This document shows positions 1 through 6,049 of a stretch of DNA of 6,049 bases, piece by piece. This stretch comes from Octopus sinensis. Taxonomy: Eukaryota. Made by a program: the position numbers and the translations under genes. The stretch's first letter is position 1; the number at the start of each line of letters is the position of its first letter. Location: positions 1 through 6,049 of the forward strand of contig NW_021829478.1 of assembly GCF_006345805.1 (NCBI RefSeq). Direction: 5' to 3'. The notes under the pieces were generated by a model that saw only the letters and a list, made by a program, of their open reading frames with translations, ran no database searches and was not told where the DNA came from.

Positions 1-960
1 CATACTGAAAACGAACTGATGTTTAAGATCGAGGAGCAAAGGAATAGATGCGTGAGTCGGTAGTACCTGCTTGGTGGGGTCAAGAGCTCAGCAAACTCCT
101 ACAAGAATCTGTAGCATGACAGTGACAGTGGCAAAACAAAGAGAAGAGATATCCTGCCTGCGAGATAGCTGTTAGAGTATGTCTATTGCGGATAGAGTAA
201 AATTTAGCCACGTCACCCTTCTTTCGATGCAATCCCGGATGTGTATCACCGTTCCAGATGTAGAAAGATTTCTTCATTGTGTGCTTCACTTGAGCATTGT
301 AAATGGTCTGAAGTTTTGGCTGCAAAGAGAAGGATTGGACTTTAAAATACCGTACTAGCTATGCAAAGGATCTACTTTCGCCAAGAAAGATCTTCACTGC
401 TAATAATGCTCAGCGAAGTGTAAGTTTACAAGTAAGATTGTGAAGGACACTTGTCTAATCTTCAGCCCATTACAAATGACCGTGTTTCAACACCATGTCC
501 ACGGCTATGCTGTATCCTTTCTCTGTCTCTAATTATCTATTTCAATGGTAGTCTTAAACCACATCTCTGTTCAAAACCACCACCTAGTAATTTTAAGTGC
601 CTTTAGTGTAGTCCATATTGTCTTAAACATTCTTCAGTTGAAGAATATCATCTTTTCCCCTTCCTTCTAGACTTGGTCATCCTGTGAATCGGTTTCAAGC
701 CTGCTTTACTCCTATTTGAAAGAAAATATGAAATCTGTCAGAATTCAATGGTATGAAAATATAAATCCCTGTTCTTGGTGTATAAACAATTTGAACTTTA
801 TTCAAGACAATAATTTGGGAATATCGTCAGGCGAACGAAATAACTGGAGACGAACTGGGAGCCTTTTGACACACAGAATCCGAAAAGGACATCAATTTAA
901 TACGATCACATCAGAATTGTAAGATACTGGATCCAGAGAATGTCTTTGTTTTGTTTTCGA
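1..960 (-). pseudogene. Possible very old Penelope-like element (PLE) reverse-transcriptase remnant
   Basis: Scattered minus-strand peptides fall in the order expected for PLE ORFs, across several frames and stops. They are VSKGSQF (~870, cf. LSKGLNF); LQLKN..DYTKG..VVVLNRD..DY (566-640, cf. LK.N.DI....ADKG..VVV.NR.DY); FSLQPKL (311-331, cf. FYLLPKI); DVAKFYSI (191-214, cf. DV.SLYT.I); HQAGT...FAP (~25-75, cf. Q..G.AMG...AP). The spacing requires deletions, so this could be over-reading. Confidence 0.25.
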
Positions 961-1552
961 ATAAACCAGCTTATGAAGAACGTACTAATATACATAGAAA
1001 TTGCATTGTCTTCAAAGCTAGGATGTTTTGAACTTCTACTGAAAAGCTAGCAAATATCTCTAAATTTCTACAGACAGTTTACATTATTGTTCATGCCTAT
1101 TTTTTCATGAATTTGTGTTTGAATGGTTTTCATTAGTGCTGAACCTCAATAGCCCAGCATCGTATTTAATTACAATCTGCCTTGATAAGACATGGATGTT
1201 GGATGATTTTCTCCGGCTGAACTAAAGTCTGTTCATTCACATTAAAATACCCTGGGACTAATGCTCGCTGCGGCCATTATTTCATTACCCGATGTTTACA
1301 CCAGACCTTTAATAAAATAATCGATAAACCATAATAGACATTCGTACTACATTTCCCAATATATTTCCCCTTAAATATGAGGAAAATAGTGAAAATTGAG
1401 GGTTTGGGTATCTTGAAATCTAGACGTAATCCTAAAAAATGGATTCCACATTTGAATTCAGCAAAATTATTTAACAGAGAGGTACTCTTCTATAGCTTGT
1501 TGTTGCATATGAGTATACTGTAAGTGATAGAATGGGGAACAGCCTCTAAATA

Positions 1553-1578
1553 TAGGGTTAGGTTTAGGGTTTGGGTAT
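1553..1578 (+). repeat. Degenerate telomere-like (TTAGGG-variant) tract
   Basis: TAGGG TTAGG TTTAGGG TTTGGG TAT. The last 13 nt (AGGGTTTGGGTAT, 1566-1578) recur exactly at 1399-1411. Confidence 0.55.
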
Positions 1579-1753
1579 GGTGAATATGGATAAAACATTG
1601 CACTGGACCAAACACGGATTGCACTTTGACAAGGCATAACACCCATACTTCATTCAATTTACGCATAGAGTTGAAGCCATAGGAAACAATATGACAGGCG
1701 TAGTCTTAGTTTGAACCTCATTCATTCACCAACGGTAACATAGACATGATGCT

Positions 1754-1779
1754 TGACAGAGGAACCTCTGTCATGACAG
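1754..1779. repeat. Overlapping perfect inverted repeats
   Basis: TGACAGAGG-AA-CCTCTGTCA (1754-1773) has 9-bp arms and overlaps the 12-bp palindrome CTGTCATGACAG (1768-1779). Confidence 0.75.
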
Positions 1780-2189
1780 TGGACAGAACCGCCATGTTTC
1801 CAAACAGTATTACTACTGACGTCTTCGGACCTATCAAACGTAGGTGTTATTAAGCTACCGAATTGCGTAAATGACTTATACTAAAATCAGTTCTTCATCT
1901 CGCATCGATTACCGTTTGGATAACCAAGGGGCACATTAAACTGTGGAACCTCTCACGGTGCAGCTTTCGAAAAATAATCTACAGGCCTAAGCTGAAATCT
2001 CATCTGAAAGGGAGTGTCTCCAGGACCCCTGTTACAGTCCCCTTCAACTCCTTCATCTTGAGGAACAAATAAAAATCACAGGGCGGGACATTTACATAAT
2101 TTATTCATAGAGGTTTTTTTCTAGGTTTCGTGTATCTTTACTGTCCATTAGTAGGATCATCAAGGATCTGTGAACTGCATCTGTGGATC

Positions 2190-2200
2190 AGAGAGAGAGA
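2190..2200. repeat. Short (GA)n microsatellite; possible retrotransposon tail or target
   Basis: AGAGAGAGAGA at 2190-2200. Confidence 0.6.
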
Positions 2201-2201
2201 A

Positions 2202-2207
2202 TTTATT
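2202..2207 (-). promoter_or_regulatory. Candidate polyadenylation signal AATAAA near the element's 3' end
   Basis: Plus-strand TTTATT at 2202-2207 reads AATAAA on the element's strand, about 205 nt downstream of the stop codon and immediately before a (TC)5 tract. The hexamer is common in AT-rich DNA. Confidence 0.3.
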
Positions 2208-2277
2208 TGAATATATATGTCTTGCAAACAACTTGCACATGCTCGTGCTACCAGTTGAAAGCTCCGTATACCGGAAG

Positions 2278-2388
2278 CTAGCAAGTGTATGGGTCATCAG
2301 GAGAGAATGCGCGCCGTTTCGGGGCCTACCTCTCGACGGCATCAATTCGCACCGGCCCCCCTCACTGATATGAGGCCCCGCTTGCTAG
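2278..2388 (-). other. Structured 3' UTR RNA element of the retrotransposon (nested stems plus possible pseudoknot)
   Basis: This GC-rich island begins 24 nt after the stop codon. Complementary segments: 2381-2388 with 2278-2285 (8 bp perfect); 2373-2380 with 2320-2327 (8 bp perfect); 2336-2340 with 2313-2317 (5 bp); 2348-2353 with 2306-2311 (6 bp including G-U); 2359-2372 with 2295-2305 (bulged). The fold was worked out by eye, not computed. Confidence 0.6.
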
Positions 2389-2411
2389 ATCAGCTGGTTA
2401 TGAAGTTAAAC

Positions 2412-2861
2412 TCAATATACTTCTAGCCATCGCTCATAGTCTCTTGTTAACCAAATCCAGTGGCTAGCCTTCTCCACTGTAGATTGGATATCAGTCATAG
2501 TGGTATTGACTTTACGATGAGTTAGGCCTAGCGATAACAACAGTCGTCTCACGCTGTATCCAACAAACCCTCTACATCCGACTTCGCTAGGAAAATGTTC
2601 CACTTTCCAGCCTGCGTCTTCACATTCCTCGAGGAGGTTTTCATAACGGCTCAATTTTCGAGCCCGAGCGGCGTTCATATTATCTTCATGAGGAACCGTT
2701 AGCTCGACTATATTTACAACTTTCTTTCTTTCACACCACATCAAAATATATGTTTTTTTCGAAACTGGGATGGAAAAGAAAACCTGGCACCCAGGTAAAT
2801 CTGCAGTTACCTCCCAATAGCCGTTCCACTTTTCATTTTTCTCAGGAAGTTTCTTGACCAT
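2412..2861 (-). pseudogene. Restriction-like endonuclease (PD-(D/E)xK-type) domain with the PD motif mutated
   Basis: The frame reads WEVTADL...SKK(TY)ILMWCERKKVVNIVELTVPHEDNMNAARARKLSRYENL...FPSEVGCRGF (2565-2585)...KASHWIWL and stops at TGA 2412-2414. It joins the upstream frame by a frameshift around 2862-2885. TY (2748-2753) sits where PD is expected. Confidence 0.88.
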
Positions 2862-2989
2862 ACTTCTTGAAACGGATCCGCTGACCTGGTCGCACGAAGG
2901 TAATGAAATCTCTTGATGGTACTTTCAACGGTTTTTCCTCAGTGTTGTTGAGATGAATTTCGTTCTTTATAGCATTGAAGATAACCTTA

Positions 2990-3935
2990 AGGACCAAGTT
3001 GTGCCTCCATGTATACCTGTTCAATGCTAATGAACAGTTGGAAAGAATATGTTTTAGTGTACCGACCTTTCCACATTCTCTAAGACGTTCCATCTTACTA
3101 GATTCGTAGGTGATGGCAAAACATCACGAGATGAACGAATCAGGAAACTCAGCCGAGATGTCGTCCACTTTCACATCTCAACCCAACTTATCTTCCTCTC
3201 AACAACATGTTCTTCCCATCTCGTCATCTGACCTTGATGAACACATCGGATCAAATGAAGATCTCTTCTCTCTGCTTCTCTTGTTTCGACGCTGTTGCTA
3301 ACAACAGATCTGCGTTCACTCCTCATCATGCTTGCAAACGGTCTGAATTGATCTGCGCCAAAACCAAGTCCTTTCCGATGATTCTGCGTTGTTCCCACCA
3401 TATCTCTGTGTATAAGAGAAGACAAAATGTCGTCAGTTTCTGCTTCTACTTTCCACTTCCTGGCTGTGTTCATCTCTGGTGGGTTACGCCTGATTTCCAT
3501 ATCCTTCGATTCTCTCAGCATCATGACCGTCCGTATCTTCCCCAGCTTATATAGTTCGAATATTGATGCTATTGGTAGCTGCAACGAACCTCTTTTATGA
3601 TAAAGAGCTGAGTTGTTCAACATACGAGGTAGGCCTAGCCACTTTCTAATGAACACATTACATTTTTTTTCAATGCTTTCAACTCGTGACAATGCTACTT
3701 CGTATATTAAAAGTGGCCACGCAAGTCGCGGGTACAAGCTGAACTGCAAGCACCAAATTTTATATTTACCTGGTAACTTCGAATTATCAATCGCTGATAA
3801 CCCAGCCTCGGCCTGTTTCATAATTTCAATCCCATGACTTCTGTCTGACAATGTTCCAGCGTATACTCGTCCCAAGCTCTTGACGGGCTCTTCCTTGACT
3901 GTTGGAATGCTTTCTTCAGATATCCGGAACTTAAA
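2990..3935 (-). pseudogene. Post-RT thumb/linker region and damaged CCHC zinc knuckle of the retrotransposon ORF
   Basis: ORF 3171..3875 continues in frame past TGA 3171-3173 as KISWVEM*KWTTSRLSFLIRSSRDVLPSPTNLVRW. It then shifts frame near 3075-3090 into ECGKVGTLKHILSNCSLALNRYTWRHN (Cys 3073-3075, His 3049-3051, Cys 3034-3036, RHN 2998-3006). The first Cys of the knuckle is absent at the frameshift. Confidence 0.88.
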
Positions 3936-4455
3936 TTCTTTCTGACTCCCTTAACAAATGTCAGACTACACGACTTTTTTGCTCTAAATCGTATCCTTGA
4001 CCACCTTACAAGTTCGTCTAATCTCAAGAGGTCATTCTGCATGATTTGTTTATCTGTAGCTAGAAGTGACACGTCATCCATGAAGGCTTTCTTAGGCGAT
4101 TGTACATGGGCGATTTGTTCCGGAAAATCTACACCTTTTAAAATCAACTCCATGACCAAGAAAAACCATGTGACAGATATTGTACAGCCAGCAGCAATGC
4201 CAACCTCTCATCGGTGCCAATTTGTTGTACAATTTCCAGGTGTAAACCTCATTTCGAAACTGTCATAGTATATCCTCATTATTTTGATCACTTTGTCAGG
4301 AATATGAAAGTGGTCCATGGCTGTTATTAGTAATTCGTGTGGCACTGAACCATACGCGTTAGCTAGGTCGAGCCTTACCACGTTCAGAGTTTTCTTGTTC
4401 TGTTTGGCGTCCTGGATCGCTTTCCAAATCGAAAAACAGTGTTCAACGCATCCAG
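3935..4455 (-). pseudogene. Reverse transcriptase domain of the retrotransposon (N-terminal RT subdomains missing, one in-frame stop)
   Basis: ORFs 4208..4534 and 3818..4159 are in the same frame. They are separated by TGA at 4208-4210 and read TNWHR*EVGIAAGCTISVTWFFLVMELILKG. The catalytic FMDD is at 4073-4084. A frameshift at about 3935-3945 switches to KEFKFRISEESIPTVKEEPVKSLGRVY. Confidence 0.9.
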
Positions 4456-4742
4456 TATTATGTAAATAGAGGAATTTATCTGTGACATGTGAAACCCCAT
4501 ACGTCAAAATCTGTAATTCGGTTTTGGAATGCATATGGAATATATATAGGATAGGCTTCTTTCAAACTGAAAGTATTATCTCGCATTACAATACAGACGT
4601 AATACTGAAATAGTGTAAGAGATAAAAGATTGCTCTGGGCTCGCATTAGGCAAGAAGTTGGAAATTTTTTTGGCCCATGACACTGCATGGACCTTGGCTT
4701 TTCTATTTGACATCTGTTGCTTTAAGTATTTTATTTCGATTT

Positions 4743-4771
4743 TATGTATATATGTATGTATATATTTATGT
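4743..4771. repeat. Compound (TA)n/(TATG)n microsatellite
   Basis: TATGTATATATGTATGTATATATTTATGT read directly. Confidence 0.8.
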
Positions 4772-5099
4772 TTGAGCCAATGAAGCAGACCTCTACAATT
4801 TACCTAGGGGAAATAGCAGCCAAATCTCCCTCAAAAACCCTACCCATTATGTAGTTTGAATGAGAAACTGTAACTAAAGGTTAAGGTTATTAACCCCAAA
4901 ATGTTACCTGTTTTAATAGCAATTGATCTTTTCTCTTTTTTGCGTAGTTTTTCATGCCATGTGCAAAAGTGAAGAGGGTTAACTTGGACGGTGTAAAGTA
5001 GTGGTGATGTTTCTTTATTGTATGTGGTGGTTACTTTTGTCTGTTTCTTCTCCATAAGGATAAATGATTGAAAACGAATCTTAACACAATATATATACA

Positions 5100-5443
5100 A
5101 CTTCAAGTGGAATCGGACATCATAAGAGAGACAGAGAGAGGAATGACGAGAGACAGCATAGCGATGGTTTTGGCTGACTGTCATCATGTACGCCACTTGT
5201 TGCTAGCTAAATGGTATGTGCTGGCTCTCTGAACAAGTTCGTTGCTTTTAATGGCGGAAAAACAGGACGAAAAGATTACAAAAATAGCGATTCTTATTTT
5301 GAAACCAGCAATTTTCAAAATCTTTTTAGATTACAGAACGCCCTGCTCTCTCATGTGCCCATGTTTAAAATTACAGTGCGATCGGATAAAAAATACTCGA
5401 GTTATAAGCGCACAAACAGACAGGACGGATTTGATGTATTAGA
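5100..5443 (-). mobile_element. Possible non-autonomous Helitron-like element (5' portion; left boundary uncertain)
   Basis: The minus strand from 5444 reads A|TCTAATACATCAAATCCGTCCTGTCTGTTTGTGCGCTTATAACTCGAGTATTTTTTATCCGATCGCACTGTAATTTTAAACATG. That is an A|TC start, a GTCTGT/GTTTGT simple-repeat block and a ..CCGATC....AAATTT-like motif. This layout resembles the 5' ends of invertebrate non-autonomous Helitrons. No matching hairpin-plus-CTAG 3' end was found on this strand. Confidence 0.35.
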
Positions 5444-5460
5444 TATATATACATATATAT
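5443..5460. repeat. (TA)n microsatellite with one interruption
   Basis: ATATATATACATATATAT read directly. Confidence 0.8.
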
Positions 5461-5624
5461 TGTCAAGAGATGGTAGGGGACAAACACAAGCTCAAAGGTG
5501 GTGGTCTGTTTGCGTCTCTGCAAATTAACGCTTCAGCAAAAGGGACTGATAGAATAAGTAGTAAACTTTATAAAAATAAGTAATGAGTTCGATTTGTTCG
5601 AGTAATACTCTTTAATGTGATACT

Positions 5625-5651
5625 CCAGTATGGTCGCCGTATACTGGCTAG
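5625..5651 (+). mobile_element. Possible Helitron-type 3' terminus (hairpin followed by CTAG|T)
   Basis: CCAGTAT (5625-5631) and ATACTGG (5641-5647) form a perfect 7-bp stem around GGTCGCCGT. CTAG follows at 5648-5651 and T at 5652. The spacing is shorter than canonical and no 5' end was located. Confidence 0.35.
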
Positions 5652-5683
5652 TACAGGTAAGAGATAAAAGGTAGGTTCATCCG

Positions 5684-5700
5684 TACATACATATATACAT
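5684..5700. repeat. (TACA)n/(TA)n microsatellite; exact reverse complement of 4744-4760
   Basis: TACATACATATATACAT at 5684-5700 versus ATGTATATATGTATGTA at 4744-4760. Confidence 0.8.
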
Positions 5701-6049
5701 GGTCCAAAAACCGGATTACTATCTCCTAATTTGAAGGGTATCCGTTTGCAATCCAGGAACAGGAAATATCAACTAAATACCTAATGCACAAAAGGGACAA
5801 AGGTGCAGGCAAAACAGTAAAGCGTGACAGCCGATGCAGATTACGTGGGGGTAACACTGAAGATATCACCCATATTACAAGCAGTTGTCCGAAAATGTCA
5901 TCTTGATTTTATCTACCGATGTGACATGATGTAGCTAGGACACTGTATAATCAAATCCGTCGGAAGGTTAATTCCAAAGATAAAGAAATAAAATCCCACA
6001 ATATGGTGCAAGCTAAAACTGCTACCAATAAAATGGAGTGCTGCCGGAA
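5700..6049 (+). mobile_element. Degenerate fragment of a second RLE non-LTR retrotransposon (R4/Dong-like), pre-knuckle and CCHC region, continuing beyond the window
   Basis: One frame from 5700 reads WSKNRITIS*FEGYPFAIQEQEISTKYLMHKRDKGAGKTVKRDSRCRLRGGNTEDITHITSSCPKMSS*FYLPM*HDVARTLYNQIRRK. This fits the pattern EG..FAIQEQ...T...CRLC....E...HI.S.C.......RH(N/D).V that I know from R4/Dong-clade elements. Stops are at 5727-5729, 5904-5906 and 5922-5924, and the second knuckle Cys reads CGT (5844-5846). The ORF track does not show it because of the stops. Confidence 0.8.

Larger units (their letters stand above)
2190..4455 (-). mobile_element. 5'-truncated, inactivated RLE-type non-LTR retrotransposon, most similar to the HERO group
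   Basis: The minus-strand ORF fragments join in the order RT, thumb/linker, zinc knuckle, RLE. Motifs seen: GCVEH; DLANAYGSVPH (4343-4369); GIAAGCTIS; AFMDD (4073-4084); KSLGRVY; KLPGKYKIWCLQFSLYPRLAWPLLIYEV; CGKVGTLKHILSNC..RYTWRHN; IVELTVPHEDN; RK..RY; EVGCRGF. The FMDD, ELTVP and EVGCRGF combination is what I associate with HERO-type elements. The clade call is from motif recognition, not a search. Homology stops abruptly just upstream of GCVEH (~4455). The 3' limit is approximate, set at the (GA)n tract after an AATAAA. Confidence 0.88.

Noticed and set aside
716-922. Plus-strand 68-aa ORF
   Set aside because: It has no motif, starts at TTG, and lies antisense to the possible PLE remnant.
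1821-1845. GTC-TTCG-GAC tetraloop hairpin overlapping ACCTA...TAGGT
   Set aside because: The stems are only 3 and 5 bp, expected by chance. There is no U-tract, ribozyme core or other supporting context.
1871-1918. Plus-strand peptide MTYTKISSSSRIDYRL resembling the SRIDY motif of APE-type (L1/Tx1) endonucleases
   Set aside because: It is a single 5-residue match (1898-1912). The GDFN and SDH motifs were not found in neighbouring frames, so it is insufficient for a call.
2294-2321. Hammerhead ribozyme core words CGAAAC (2321-2316) and CUGAUGA (2300-2294) on the minus strand
   Set aside because: Only 15 nt separate GAAAC from CUGAUGA, which is too few for stem III, the UH site and stem I. 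The stem II flanks (AGGCCCC and CCCAUAC) do not pair. This is not a canonical hammerhead, and the words are kept only as part of the 3' UTR finding.
2160-2373. ORFs 2160..2345 (-) and 2170..2373 (+)
   Set aside because: They are short frames over the GC-rich 3' UTR, where stops are rarer, and show no protein motifs.
3110-4268. Plus-strand ORFs 3110..3301, 3207..3554, 3613..3837 and 4041..4268
   Set aside because: They are antisense shadows of the retrotransposon coding region with no recognisable motifs.
2166-4485. Candidate target-site duplications ATCTGTGA (2166-2173 and 4478-4485) and GAATTTAT (2199-2206 and 4472-4479)
   Set aside because: The right-hand copies lie about 17-23 nt beyond the apparent 5' junction. 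The two candidates imply incompatible 3' ends, and 8-mers of this composition recur by chance.
4476-5528. ORFs 4476..4688, 4840..5196, 5211..5528 and 5242..5442
   Set aside because: They have no recognisable domains, run through low-complexity or repeat-like DNA, and have lengths compatible with chance.
5584-5610. GAGTTCGATTT and GTTCGAG resembling a Pol III B box (tRNA or SINE)
   Set aside because: The consensus terminal C is missing, and there is no upstream A box at a suitable distance and no cloverleaf.

Overview
This is an AT-rich, repeat-derived stretch of DNA, most likely from an animal genome (inferred from composition and element types). No intact gene or host exon can be supported. 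The main feature is a ~2.3 kb, 5'-truncated, decayed non-LTR retrotransposon on the minus strand (~4455 to ~2190). It has reverse transcriptase, zinc-knuckle and restriction-like endonuclease (RLE) domains, and its motifs best fit the HERO group. It carries two in-frame stops, three frameshifts and a PD-to-TY change at the endonuclease catalytic motif. Its GC-rich 3' UTR can fold into nested stems plus an 8-bp pseudoknot or alternative helix, which is the most interesting signal here. A second, unrelated RLE retrotransposon fragment (R4/Dong-like), missed by the ORF track, starts at ~5700 on the plus strand and runs off the window. Between the two elements are (TA/TG) microsatellites and two tentative Helitron-like termini. 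The left ~1 kb may be a very old Penelope-like RT remnant (low confidence). A short telomere-like tract lies at ~1553-1578.
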